Of a stretch of 64,000 nucleotides of DNA, positions 1-9,785 are shown piece after piece. The notes under the pieces were generated by a model. It was not told the origin of the DNA. It searched no databases and saw nothing but the letters and a program-made list of their open reading frames with translations. The position numbers and the translations under genes are program-made. Position 1 is the first letter of the stretch. Each line of letters begins with the position of its first letter. This DNA is from an uncultured delta proteobacterium (GTDB taxonomy: Bacteria; Myxococcota; Kuafuiibacteriia; Kuafuiibacteriales; Kuafuiibacteriaceae): NCBI GenBank assembly GCA_963803435.1, contig CAWDML010000004.1, positions 224,001 to 288,000 on the forward strand, read 5' to 3'.

Positions 1-1
1 G

Positions 2-802
2 GCGATGCAGAACGTCTCCATCAAGGTGAGCGACGGCGAGACGCCCGACCAGTTCGAGGTGGCGGGCCGCGGCGAGCTCCAGCTGGCGGTGCTGGTGGAG
101 ACGATGCGGCGCGAGGGCTTCGAGGTCTCGCTCTCCAAGCCGGAGGTGCTCACCAAGGAGATCGACGGCAAGCTCCACGAGCCGATGGAGAAGCTCGTCG
201 TCGACATTCCCGACGACTACATCGGCGTGGTCACCGAGAAGCTGGCCTCGCGGCGCGGCGCCATGGAGAAGATGGACCACATCGGCGGCGACCGCGTGCG
301 GATGACCTTCCGGATCCCCTCGCGCGGGCTGATCGGCTTTCGCTCGGAGTTCCTCACCGACACGCGCGGCACCGGCATCGTGAACGCGCTCTTCGACGGC
401 TGGTCCCCCCACGCGGGAGCGGTGGCGCGGCGACCGAACGGCGCGCTGGTGTCGGATCGCGTCGGAAGGGCCACCACCTACGCGCTGTTCCACATGCAGC
501 CGCGCGGGCGGCTGTTCATCGCGCCGACCACCGAGGTCTACGAGGGGATGGTCGTCGGCGAGCACTCTCGGGAGAACGACCTCGAGGTCAACATCTGCCG
601 GGAGAAGAAGCTCACCAACATTCGGGCGGCCGGGAAGGACGAGGCCCTCATCCTTTCGCCCCCGAAGCAGATGAGCCTCGAGGCGGCCATCGAGTGGATC
701 GACGAGGACGAGCTGGTCGAGGTGACGCCGACCTCGATCCGGCTCCGCAAGAAGATCCTGCGGGCGGCGTTCCGGCCCAAGCGGACGCGCGAGAGAGATT
801 GA
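2..802 (+). CDS. typA: Translational GTPase TypA/BipA, C-terminal part (gene begins before the window)
   Basis: GRGELQLAVLVETMRREGFE, EP.E.LVVD, PSRGLIGFRSEFLTDTRGTG, VYEGMVVGEHSR.NDL.VN, KKLTNIRA and DELVEVTP.SIRLRK are typical BipA C-terminal motifs. Confidence 0.97.
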   Translation, partial: AMQNVSIKVSDGETPDQFEVAGRGELQLAVLVETMRREGFEVSLSKPEVLTKEIDGKLHEPMEKLVVDIPDDYIGVVTEKLASRRGAMEKMDHIGGDRVRMTFRIPSRGLIGFRSEFLTDTRGTGIVNALFDGWSPHAGAVARRPNGALVSDRVGRATTYALFHMQPRGRLFIAPTTEVYEGMVVGEHSRENDLEVNICREKKLTNIRAAGKDEALILSPPKQMSLEAAIEWIDEDELVEVTPTSIRLRKKILRAAFRPKRTRERD

Positions 803-838
803 CTTGACCCTTCCCGATTGCTGCTGCACGTCGCGTTC

Positions 839-1795
839 ATGGTCACCGCGACCGCCTGTGCGAACATCGCTCTGATCAAGTACTGGGGAAAGCGGGAGGT
901 GCGGGAGAACATCCCCGCCGCCGGATCGATCTCGCTGACGCTGGACGCGCTCCGGACCGTCACGAGGGTCGAGCTGACCCAGGGCTCCGATCGCCTGACG
1001 CTGGACGGGCGCCCCGTCGAGGGGAAGGCGCTGGCGCGGATCACGCGCTTCGCCGATCGGGTTCGGTCTGCCGCCGGGCGGCAGGATCGCGTCGCCGTCG
1101 ACAGCACGAACACGTTCCCGACCGCGGCCGGCCTGGCCTCGAGCGCATCAGCCTTTGCGGCCCTGGCGCTGGCCGTGACGCGGGCGTTCGGCCAGGATCT
1201 CTCTCCGGAGGCGCTCTCGATCCTGGCGCGCCAGGGCTCCGGGAGCGCGGCCCGCTCGATCTTCGGCGGCTACGTCCGGATGACCGACGGAGACGACGCG
1301 CACGCCTATCCGCTCGAGGGGATCGCGCTCGAGCTGGGGGCCGCGATCGCGGTGGCGCGGGCCTCGGAGAAGGAGATCGGCTCGACGGACGGCATGGAGC
1401 ACACGCGGCTGACCAGCCCGTACCACCAGGCGTGGATCGACACGGTGAACCGCGACCTGGATGCCGGTGAGGCGGCGCTCCGCGCCGGAGCGATCGATCG
1501 GCTGGCCGAGCTGGTCGAGGGCAATTGCCTGGCGATGCACGCCAACGCGATGGCCGCTCGACCGGGCATCCTGTACTTCAAGGCGCCGACGCTGTGGGCG
1601 ATCGACCAGGTGCGGCGGATGCGCGCCGAGGGGACGCCGGTGTTCTTCACGATCGACGCTGGCCCGCACGTGGTGGCGTTCGCGCCGCCCGCGCACCTCG
1701 AGGCCGTCGCGGCGCGGCTCGCGAAGCACCCGGAGATCGCCGAAGTGATCACCTCCCGGCCGGGTGAAGGTGCACGGGTGGAGGCGCGGCCGTGA
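839..1795 (+). CDS. mvaD: Diphosphomevalonate decarboxylase
   Basis: NIALIKYWGK, SISLTL, FPTAAGLASSASAFAAL, ARQGSGSAARS, STDGM and FTIDAGPHV motifs. ATG 839 preferred over TTG 818. Confidence 0.95.
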   Translation: MVTATACANIALIKYWGKREVRENIPAAGSISLTLDALRTVTRVELTQGSDRLTLDGRPVEGKALARITRFADRVRSAAGRQDRVAVDSTNTFPTAAGLASSASAFAALALAVTRAFGQDLSPEALSILARQGSGSAARSIFGGYVRMTDGDDAHAYPLEGIALELGAAIAVARASEKEIGSTDGMEHTRLTSPYHQAWIDTVNRDLDAGEAALRAGAIDRLAELVEGNCLAMHANAMAARPGILYFKAPTLWAIDQVRRMRAEGTPVFFTIDAGPHVVAFAPPAHLEAVAARLAKHPEIAEVITSRPGEGARVEARP

Positions 1796-2664
1796 TCGTC
1801 TCCGCGCCCGGGAAGGTCATGCTCCTAGGGGACTACGGCGTGCTCGAGGGCGGACGTGCGATCGTGGCGGCCGTGAACCGGCGCGCGATCGGGCGGGTCG
1901 TGCCGGAGGGACGAAGCTCGCCGGTCGTCGAGGCGGTCCTCGCGCGGGCGCGCCGGACCGAGCTGCAGGTCGAGATCGATACCAGCTCGTTCTACGACGG
2001 TGAGCTCAAGCTGGGGCTCGGCTCGTCGTCGGCGGTCTCGGTGGTGACGGCGGCGCTGGCCACCGGACGCGGCGATCAGCGCACGCTCTCGATCGCGATC
2101 GAGGGCCACCGTGACGCCAACGAGGGTCGCGGCAGCGGTGTCGACGTGGCCGCCTCCTTTCACGGCGGTGTCATCGCGACGCGACGTCAGCCGGCGGACG
2201 TGGTCGTGCTGCCGGCGCGCCTCCCCGGGCTTCATCTGTCCGTGCTGTTCACCGAGCGGAGCGCTTCGACCAAGGATCTGGTGGCCGCCTGCACCGCGTC
2301 GCGCGACTGGCTCCGCTGGGCGAACGTGCTTCGCGAGCTCACCGAGCGCGGGATCGAGGCCTGGATACAGAAGGACAGCGCGCGGTTCCTCCCGCTGGTG
2401 GCCGAGTATGCGTTGGCGATGGCCGCTCTCGGGGAGAGCGCCGGGGTTTCAATCATGACCGAGGAGCTGGACGCGATCGTGCGTCTGGCCTCGGAGGCCG
2501 GCGGTGCGGCCAAGCCGAGCGGCGCGGGCGGCGGCGACATCGCGGTGCTGTGGGCCCGAGATCCGGAGATCGCGGAGCGTGTGGCGGAAAAGACGGGCCT
2601 GGTGCGGCTCGATCTCGAGATCGATCCGCACGGGCTTCGCCTGCAATCACTGCGGAGCGCTTGA
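1792..2664 (+). CDS. GHMP kinase, probably phosphomevalonate kinase
   Basis: SAPGKVMLLGDYGVL, KLGLGSSSA, GSGVDVAAS and KPSGAGGGD motifs. GTGA overlap with mvaD. Confidence 0.85.
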   Translation: MIVSAPGKVMLLGDYGVLEGGRAIVAAVNRRAIGRVVPEGRSSPVVEAVLARARRTELQVEIDTSSFYDGELKLGLGSSSAVSVVTAALATGRGDQRTLSIAIEGHRDANEGRGSGVDVAASFHGGVIATRRQPADVVVLPARLPGLHLSVLFTERSASTKDLVAACTASRDWLRWANVLRELTERGIEAWIQKDSARFLPLVAEYALAMAALGESAGVSIMTEELDAIVRLASEAGGAAKPSGAGGGDIAVLWARDPEIAERVAEKTGLVRLDLEIDPHGLRLQSLRSA

Positions 2665-2696
2665 CCCTCTGCCGATCGGGCCATACCTACCATCCG

Positions 2697-3272
2697 ATGC
2701 GGAGAGTCACCGTGCTGGCCGTGCTGCTCCTGGCGGGCTGTGGCGTCCAGTCGATCCCGAAGGCGCACAACGACGTCGAGGCCTCCTGGGCCGAGGTTCA
2801 GAACCAATACAAGCGCCGCGCGGACCTGGTCCCGAACCTGGTCAACGTCGTCAAGGGCTACGCGGCCCACGAGAAGGAGACGCTCGAAGGCGTCACGGAA
2901 GCCCGCGCGAAGGCGACCCAGACCAACATCAACGTCGATCAGCTCGATCCCAAGTCGCTGGAGAACTGGCAGCACGCCCAGGGCGAGCTGTCCGCTGCGA
3001 TGGGCCGGCTGATGGTGGTGGCTGAACGCTACCCGGAGCTGAAGGCCAACGAGAACTTCCGCGACCTCTCGGCACAGCTCGAGGGCACCGAGAATCGCAT
3101 CGCGATCGCCCGCCGCCGGTACATCGAGTCGGTGCGCGACTTCAACAATCTGATCTCCGTCCCGCCCACGTCGCTGACCAACGCGATGTTCTATCACTAC
3201 ACCGAGCGACCTCAGTTCCAGGTCGAGGACATCAAGGCCGCCGAGAAGCCCCCCGAGGTCTCGTTCGACTGA
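2697..3272 (+). CDS. lemA: LemA family lipoprotein
   Basis: Lipobox LLAGC, then QYKRRADLVPNLV.VVKGYA.HE, ERYPELKANENF and LEGTENRIAIARRRY. Confidence 0.95.
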   Translation: MRRVTVLAVLLLAGCGVQSIPKAHNDVEASWAEVQNQYKRRADLVPNLVNVVKGYAAHEKETLEGVTEARAKATQTNINVDQLDPKSLENWQHAQGELSAAMGRLMVVAERYPELKANENFRDLSAQLEGTENRIAIARRRYIESVRDFNNLISVPPTSLTNAMFYHYTERPQFQVEDIKAAEKPPEVSFD

Positions 3273-4012
3273 TGGGGGGCGCCATGCACGCTCTTGTCCT
3301 CCCTCTGCTCCTGGCGGGCGCCCCCGGGCAGGACCTCTCGATCCCGCCCTTGACGGGGCCCGTGGTGGACCGGGCCGGGCTCCTGGGGCAGCGCGACGCG
3401 GCCCTGATCGCGGGCGGTCTTCGGGACTACCGCCAGCGCACCGGCAATCAGCTGCAGGTGCTGATCATCCCCTCGCTGCCCGAGGGCATGCCGGTGGAGG
3501 ACTACTCGATCCGCGTGGTCGAGCAGTGGAAGCTGGGGTCCGCGGAGAAGGACAACGGGGTCCTGCTCCTGGTCTCGGTGCAGGACCGCAAGTGGCGCAT
3601 CGAGGTCGGCGGCGGGCTCGAGGGTGACCTCACCGACGTGGCGGCGTCGCGGATCGGCCGCGGGATCCTGGTCCCTGCGCTCCAGCGTGGAGACTATGCA
3701 AGCGGGATTGCAGGAACGCTCCAGGCGATCGCGCAGCAGCTCGGAGGCGACCTCTCCTTTCAGGGCCTTCCGATGGCCCGCCGCTCGCGGCGCGGCAATC
3801 CGCTAGGCGCGCTCCCGGTGCTGATCTTCGTGATCCTCATGATGATCCTCGGCCGCCGTCGAGGCTTTGGCTTCCTCGGCTGGATGCTGCTCGGCAGCGC
3901 GATGGGCCGGGGCTCTCGAGGCTCGTGGGGCGGCGGCGGTGGCGGCGGCGGTGGCAGCTGGGGCGGCGGCGGTGGCGGATTCTCCGGCGGTGGCGCTGGA
4001 GGAGGGTGGTGA
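3272..4012 (+). CDS. TPM domain protein (YgcG-like) with Gly-rich tail
   Basis: GPVVDRAGLL, WKLG...DNGVLLLVS..DRK.RIEVG.GLEG.LTD and a GGGGFSGGGAGGGW end; canonical lemA partner. Confidence 0.93.
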   Translation: MGGAMHALVLPLLLAGAPGQDLSIPPLTGPVVDRAGLLGQRDAALIAGGLRDYRQRTGNQLQVLIIPSLPEGMPVEDYSIRVVEQWKLGSAEKDNGVLLLVSVQDRKWRIEVGGGLEGDLTDVAASRIGRGILVPALQRGDYASGIAGTLQAIAQQLGGDLSFQGLPMARRSRRGNPLGALPVLIFVILMMILGRRRGFGFLGWMLLGSAMGRGSRGSWGGGGGGGGGSWGGGGGGFSGGGAGGGW

Positions 4013-4636
4013 TGAGACCCGTCCTGAGCGACGCGGAGAAGTCGCGGATCACCGAAGCGGTGGTCGAGGCCGAGAAGCGCACCAGCGGTGAGATTGTGCC
4101 GATGGTCGTGCGCGCCTCCGACGATTACGCGGGCGCGCGATGGCGCCTGGCGGTGGCCTTCATGCTGGTCGTCGACCTCGCGTTCGATCTCCGCCTGGCC
4201 CGGGCTTCAGCCCATCCACTTGCTCCTCGCGGCCATCCCGCTGCTCGGGCTCGGCCATCTCCTGGCGGTGTGGCCCCCGATGCTGCGGCTGGCGCTCGGC
4301 AAGGGCGAGGCGGCCCTCGAGGTCCGACAGCAGGCCTGCGAGGCGTTCGTGGATCTCGACGTGCACGCCACGCGCGAGCGCACGGGGGTCCTGATCCTGG
4401 TCAGCCTGATGGAGCGTCGAATCGAGATCCTGGCGGACCTCGGTATCCACGCCCACGCGCCGGAGGGCTACTGGGATCAGGTCGTCGCCGAGCTCTCCAA
4501 GCGCATCGCCGCCGGCGACCTCGCAGGAGGGCTTGCAGACGCGGTGCGGCAGGTCGGCGGTCTCCTCGCGGGCCAGTTCCCCGCCGGTCCGAACGACCTC
4601 AACGAGCTTCCGGACGAGGTCCTGGTGCGCGACTGA
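4012..4636 (+). CDS. Second TPM-domain membrane protein (one frameshift near 4190)
   Basis: N-terminus AEKRTSGEIVPMV lies in one frame and C-terminus TRERTGVLILVSL.ERRIEILAD.GI...DLNELPD in another; third gene of the lemA-TPM-TPM triplet. Confidence 0.85.
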
Positions 4637-4657
4637 CGCCGCGTGTAGATCGGGCCG

Positions 4658-5167
4658 ATGGCCCGCATCGAACCGCTCTCGCTCGAGGACACCGAACGCC
4701 ACTGGCAGGCGCACTACGGGCGCGTCACCAACATGAAGCGAACGCTGGCTCACGTGCCGGGGGCGCTCCACGCGTACATGGAGTGGTACCCGCTGCGCGA
4801 TCGAGCGGCCGGGTTCCTCGGCGAGCGCGCGACCAACATCTACGTGCATGCGATCTCGAGCGCGACCGACTGTCTGATCTGCTCCACGTTCTTCCGGCGG
4901 CTCCTGATCGATGCCGGTGAGGATCCCGATCAGCTCGTCCTCGACGAGAGGGAGGAGCTCCTGGTCGCGCTGGCCCGCGCGCTCACCGCCGGCGTGCACC
5001 GGATCCCCGGGCCGCTCTACGCGCGCCTGGGACAGCTCTTCTCCCCGGAGCAGCTCGTCCATCTGATCGCCTTTGGAGGCCTGATGATCGCGACCAACGT
5101 GTTCAACAACGCGCTCGAGGTGGACCTGGACGACGACCTCCAGCCCTACCGGAAGGAGCCCGCATGA
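4658..5167 (+). CDS. Carboxymuconolactone decarboxylase / AhpD-like protein
   Basis: NMKRTLAH.P.AL..Y, a CLIC (CxxC) motif and an N.FNNAL.V.LD end. Confidence 0.8.
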   Translation: MARIEPLSLEDTERHWQAHYGRVTNMKRTLAHVPGALHAYMEWYPLRDRAAGFLGERATNIYVHAISSATDCLICSTFFRRLLIDAGEDPDQLVLDEREELLVALARALTAGVHRIPGPLYARLGQLFSPEQLVHLIAFGGLMIATNVFNNALEVDLDDDLQPYRKEPA

Positions 5168-5970
5168 CCCGGGAGCACGAGGGCAAGACCGTCTTCATCA
5201 CCGGCGCAGCGTCGGGACAGGGGCGCGCCGTGGCGCTGGCGTTCGCCCGGCAGGGTGCCCGGGTGGCGGCGATCGACGTCGCGCGGCGCTTGCCGTACCC
5301 GGGCTACGACTCCGGCAGCGCCGACAAGCTCGAGAGCCTCGCCGAGGCGTGCCGTCGCGAAGGCGTCGAGGTGGTGGCCAGGGCGGCCGACGTGCGCGAC
5401 GACGCCGAGATCTCCCGCGCCGTCGAGGAGACGGTCGAGAAGCTCGGCGGGATCGACGTGCTCTTCAACAACGCCGGGATTGCCGCGTACGCCTCGCTCA
5501 CCGAGATGAGCGAGGAGGCGTGGGACTCGATGATCGACATCAACCTGAAGGGCGCCTTCATGGTCACGAGAAGAGTGGCGCCGGTGATGATCGCGCAGAA
5601 GCGCGGCGTCATCATCAACAACTCCTCGATCGGCGGCCTGCGCGGGATGGCGCGGATGAGCCACTACTCGGCGTCGAAGTTCGGCATGGTCGGGCTCACC
5701 AAGAGCTGGGCGATCGAGCTGGCGCCGCACGGGATCCGCGTGGTGTCGATCCATCCGACGGGCGTCAACACTGCGATGAACGATGGGCTGGCCGCGCTCG
5801 AAGGCGCGACGCCCCAGGAGATCGCCGAGCGCTCCGCGGGGAACCTGCTGCCGGTCCCGTGGATCGAGGCCGACGACGTCGCGGAGTCGGTGCTGTTCCT
5901 CGCCTCGGATCGCGCGCGCTTCGTGACCGGATCGCAGTTCGTGCTGGACGCCGGGCTGCTCACTCGTTGA
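5164..5970 (+). CDS. SDR oxidoreductase resembling the mycofactocin-coupled SDR subfamily
   Basis: TGAASGQGRA, NNAGI, YSASK, the DVARRLPYPGYDSGSADKL insertion loop and the NLLPVPWIE..DV.E.VLFLASD.ARFVTG tail. Confidence 0.85.
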   Translation: MTREHEGKTVFITGAASGQGRAVALAFARQGARVAAIDVARRLPYPGYDSGSADKLESLAEACRREGVEVVARAADVRDDAEISRAVEETVEKLGGIDVLFNNAGIAAYASLTEMSEEAWDSMIDINLKGAFMVTRRVAPVMIAQKRGVIINNSSIGGLRGMARMSHYSASKFGMVGLTKSWAIELAPHGIRVVSIHPTGVNTAMNDGLAALEGATPQEIAERSAGNLLPVPWIEADDVAESVLFLASDRARFVTGSQFVLDAGLLTR

Positions 5971-6178
5971 GCGCGCGCTCGAGCCTGCCCAGGTCGTTCT
6001 CGTGGTGGCTGACCGATGTCACGCCCAAGCTCGATGGCCCAAGACGGCCCGATCAGGATCGACGCGCTCACCGGTGGAGACCACTCCCCAAGCTCGAACC
6101 ACTATCGTGGCCTGATCTGGACTTCTGAGATCACGTTCTTCTTTGCCCACGCCCACAGCCGGCGAGCGCATCACAGGG

Positions 6179-7159
6179 TCAAGAACGCGAGACCGCGCGC
6201 AGAAACTCGGCCCAGCGATCGGCGATGACCGGATACGTGTACCCGACCTCGACATCGCGGCGCCCGGCCCTCCCCAGCGCGGCGCGGAGCTCGCTCGAGG
6301 CCGCGAGCCGGGACAGCGCTTCGATCCAGTCCTCGGTCCGCTCAGCCAGCAAGCCGTTGACGCCGGGACGGATCACCTCGTTGTTCATGCCGACCGGAGA
6401 GGCGACGCACGGCACCGAAGCGGCGAGGTACTGGAGGAGCTTGTAGCTGCACTTGCCGCGGGTGAAGGGGGACTCGGTGTCGAGGGGCATCACGCCGACG
6501 TCGAGCCGGGCCACCTCCGCGTCCTGCGTCTCGAGCGACCAGGGGACGTGCTCCACCGCGAAGGCCGACGAGGCGGGGTACGGCGCGTTGGAGATGACGG
6601 CGAGGACGAACGGGATCCGCTCGGCCAGCGCAGTCAGCGCGGGCCTGAGCGCGTCGAGCGTTCCGAGGTTCCGTCCCATCCCGACCCATCCGATCCGGAG
6701 GCAGTCGACGTCGCGATGCTTCCGGCGGGGCACCTCGTGAGGCACCGGCGAGGGCGCGATGATGACGCGATCGTGCGGCGCGAACGAGGCGAGGTAGCGG
6801 TTGCCGGCGATCAGTCCGCGGCTCATGCCAGCGATTCTATTGAAACGAACACGCCGGGCTCGCGACTCGTAGCTGCCGTTCTTGGGACGGTCGCGGAACA
6901 TGATCGCGTCGTCGTAGTCGAAGACGAGGCGGGCGCCGGCGAAGATCCGGGCGTCGAGCATCGTGGGCAGCTTCTTCTGGAGGACCACCACGTCGGCGGC
7001 CCGGCCGCGGCGGCGGAGCTTCAGCTTGGCGGCCAGGGTCTCGGGCCACCGCTCGAGCTCGCAGGCGATCCCGCGCTCTTCGAGGTACGGCGCCAGCTGC
7101 AGGATCCGGATGCGCGCGGAGGGCAGCTCGGGATCGCGATGGACGAGGAGTGCCTTCAA
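6179..7159 (-). CDS. Glycosyltransferase family 4 protein
   Basis: SARIRILQ, VFDYDDAI, IGWVG, DVGVMPL...FTRGKCSYKLLQY.A...P.VASPVG.N. Confidence 0.9.
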   Translation of the reverse strand: MKALLVHRDPELPSARIRILQLAPYLEERGIACELERWPETLAAKLKLRRRGRAADVVVLQKKLPTMLDARIFAGARLVFDYDDAIMFRDRPKNGSYESRARRVRFNRIAGMSRGLIAGNRYLASFAPHDRVIIAPSPVPHEVPRRKHRDVDCLRIGWVGMGRNLGTLDALRPALTALAERIPFVLAVISNAPYPASSAFAVEHVPWSLETQDAEVARLDVGVMPLDTESPFTRGKCSYKLLQYLAASVPCVASPVGMNNEVIRPGVNGLLAERTEDWIEALSRLAASSELRAALGRAGRRDVEVGYTYPVIADRWAEFLRAVSRS

Positions 7160-7183
7160 GGGAGCTCGGAGACCGAGCGGATT

Positions 7184-7384
7184 CTATGAGACGCACCCGG
7201 ACAGGGCGAGGGCGACCGCAAGGGCGAAGCCACCGAACAGCGCCACCGCGATGACCGGCGGCATCGCCGTCTCCGATCTCGGAGCCTGGGCGGCTTGCTC
7301 GAGCTGGCGCGCGAGCTCATCCTCCAGCGTCTCACCGCTTTGCTCGGCAAACGGGATGTCGAGCGAGAAGTCGTACTGTTTCAT
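7184..7384 (-). CDS. Small hypothetical protein with a C-terminal transmembrane helix
   Basis: 66-aa ORF preceded by GGAGAG, acidic N-terminus and hydrophobic C-terminus; divergent from imuB. Confidence 0.5.
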   Translation of the reverse strand: MKQYDFSLDIPFAEQSGETLEDELARQLEQAAQAPRSETAMPPVIAVALFGGFALAVALALSGCVS

Positions 7385-7434
7385 GCTGGCTCTCCAGCGA
7401 TGGAATCGACCGATCGGGGATCGGTTGAGGGCCG

Positions 7435-7463
7435 TTGCAAGGTGACCCTCCGATCCCTATACT
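7435..7463 (+). promoter_or_regulatory. Sigma70-type promoter of imuB
   Basis: TTGCAA (7435-7440), 17-nt spacer, TATACT (7458-7463); the -10 ends 10 nt before ATG 7474. Confidence 0.7.
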
Positions 7464-7477
7464 GAACAACTGTATGG
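7462..7477 (-). promoter_or_regulatory. Putative LexA (SOS) box, Myxococcus type
   Basis: Minus strand CCATACAGTTGTTCAG matches 14/16 of the core consensus CTRHAMRYBYGTTCAG and overlaps the -10 box and start codon of imuB. Confidence 0.7.
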
Positions 7478-9292
7478 TGGTCGGGAATCGCATCGCGTGC
7501 GTCCACCTGCATGCCCTCCTGCTGGAGCCGCTCCTGGAGGGCCCCCCGAAGCTCTCGGCGGTCCGCTCAGAGATCCGCGGGCGCAGGGTGCTGGTCGCGG
7601 TCTCGGAGGCCGCGCGGGCCCACCGGATCCACGAAGGCATGACCGAGACCGAGGCTCGAGCGCGCGCTCCGAAGCTCGAGGTGCGCGAGCACGACCCGGC
7701 GAAGGATTTCACGCGACTGTGCGCCGCGGCCGAGCTCCTCCTCGCGTTCGGCCCGGTGGTGGAGGTCTGCCCGCCCAGCTTCCTGATGGTGGAGATCGGG
7801 CGGAGCAAGTCGGCGCTGGCCAAGAAGCTGGCGAACGCGGACGAGCAGACGATCGGTGCGGCGATCGTCCGCACGCTCGCGAAGTTCGGTCACCAGAGCC
7901 GCGTGGTGGTGGCGAAGGATCCGGACACCGGCCGTTCGATCCTGGAGCACCTCGATCGGGCCGCCAAGAAGGCCCCGAAGAAGACACGCGCCAGGTCGGA
8001 GGTGGTGATCGTCCCGGCGGGCGAAGAGCGCCGCCTGCTGGCGCGCCTCCCGGTGTCGGCGCTGCTCTGGACCGATCTCCGCGGCGATCCCGAGGGGAAG
8101 AAGCGCGAGGCGCTGCTCTCTGCGCATGCGTCGCTGTCGATGCTCGGGATCGACGTGGTGGCGCGGCTCCAGACGCTCCCTCCGGCGCAGGTGGGCAGTC
8201 GATTCGGCGATGCCGGCGCGCTCCTGATGCAGCGGGCCAAGGCGGAGCGCGATCGTCCGCTCGAGGCCTTCATCCCCCCCGAGCGCCTGGTGGCGGAGAT
8301 CGAGCTCGATCGGGAGACCGACGATCTCGAGCCGATCCTCTTCCTCCTGAAGCGCCTGTTCGATCAGCTGGAGGCGCGGCTCGACGCGCGCGCGCTCTCG
8401 GCCACCGCGCTCGATCTGACGTTCCTGGTGGAGCCGGGGCTCGAGCACGAGATCGAAGACCGGGAGCTCCGGGCCGCCTCGTCGAAGAAGGTGGAGCGGA
8501 TCCCAATCCGCTTCGCCCGCGCCACCCGGCGGGCGGGCACCATGCTCAAGATCGCCAAGGAGAAGCTGGCCGGCGCTCTCCCCGGGAAGGTGCGCGCGAT
8601 CAGGGTCGAGGCCAGCTCGCCGGAGAAGGATCGGGGCGCCCAGCTCGATCTCTTCACCAGCTCGGCGCGGCGGGTGGAGGAGGTGGGCGAGCTGGTCGGC
8701 CGGCTGATCGCCGCGCTCGGCGAGCAGTCCGTATTCTCGCCCGAGAATCCGGGACACGCACCGCCCCGAGCGCGCCTGGGGTCCCCACCCGTTCGAGATC
8801 GAGCACGCGTTCCACGAGTTGCCGGCCCTCCGTCCCAAGCGGGAGCACTCGGCCGCCGGACCGGCCCAGCCCGTCGCTGCGGCGCCGGCGTCGCGAGTCT
8901 CGCTCCCGAAGCTCACGGACGGGTTCAGAGTGACGGGACGTACGGGCGAGACGGGCACCCCGTCTGTGCAAGCTGGCTTGCCGTGGCCGAAGCCCGTCCC
9001 ACGCAGGCCGGAGGACGAGCCCGTCCCGGCGCTTCCACCGCGCCCGCTCGAGCTCCTCGCCACGCCCGAGCCCGCCTCGATCGCGCGCGAATCCCCCGCC
9101 GGCGTGCTCCGCTGGCGCGGACAGCGTCTCCCTTTGGCGTCCGTCAGCGGTACGGAGCGCCTCGAGTGTGAGTGGTGGTCACCATCTCCGCTCGCGCGGG
9201 ATTACGTGGTTGCCGAAGGCACCGACGGCCGCCGCTATTGGTTGTATTACGAACCGGACGGTCGCCTGTTCGTGCACGGAATCTTCGACTGA
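7474..9292 (+). CDS. imuB: ImuB, inactive Y-family polymerase (frameshift near 8748)
   Basis: RIACVHL, AR...IHEGMT.TEARA..P.L, FGPVVE, Q.DLF clamp motif; second frame ends PRPLELL..PEP...ERLECEWW....RDY.V....GRRYWLY......FVHGIFD. Confidence 0.88.
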
Positions 9293-9332
9293 CGCTTTGA
9301 CTCGGATTCTTTTTGCCTTTACCAAGGGGTCC

Positions 9333-9782
9333 GTGGAGAAGAAGTGGGTCATCCCGCTCGCCGCAACGGCGCCCATTCTCGCGATCATCTTCGCGTTCTC
9401 GCTCGGTCCCTCTCCTCACAAGGTCCTGCAGGACTTCAAGTCCCAGCGCACCGACGAGTCCGCCCTGCTGGACGCGGATCCGACCGAGCTGGCCCCCCTC
9501 GTGATCACCGAGGTCGCCAACCGCAAGATGCCTCGCCGCCGTCACGCGATCGCGTACCTCGGTCGGATCAAGAGCCGGCCCGCGCTCCCGGTGCTCGAGG
9601 CGATCCTCACCGACGAGAGCGAAGAGGGCGCGCTCCGGGCCGTCGCGCTGGAAGCGATCGGGCACATCGATCGCCCCCGCGCTCAGCACCACGCCATGAC
9701 CTACCGCGGCTCGCCAGACGCGCTCGGCCGTCTCGCTCGCGAGCTCCTGGCCGACAAGCCCGACGTGGTCGGCGTTCGATAG
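9333..9782 (+). CDS. Membrane-anchored HEAT-repeat protein
   Basis: N-terminal hydrophobic helix, then RRHAIAYLGRIKSRPALPVLEAIL...LRAVALEAIGHI repeats. GTG 9333 start inferred. Confidence 0.65.
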   Translation: MEKKWVIPLAATAPILAIIFAFSLGPSPHKVLQDFKSQRTDESALLDADPTELAPLVITEVANRKMPRRRHAIAYLGRIKSRPALPVLEAILTDESEEGALRAVALEAIGHIDRPRAQHHAMTYRGSPDALGRLARELLADKPDVVGVR

Positions 9783-9785
9783 GGG

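Noticed and set aside
3926-4009. GGC/GGT-rich repeat
   Set aside because: Encodes the usual Gly-rich tail of TPM proteins.
6024-6097. CCCAAGCTCGA direct repeat in the SDR-GT4 intergenic gap
   Set aside because: Two 11-bp copies 63 bp apart between convergent genes; no supportable RNA, ORF or operator.
9297-9325. TTGACT-17-TACCAA promoter before the HEAT gene
   Set aside because: The -10 lacks the conserved final T; too weak to list as a feature.
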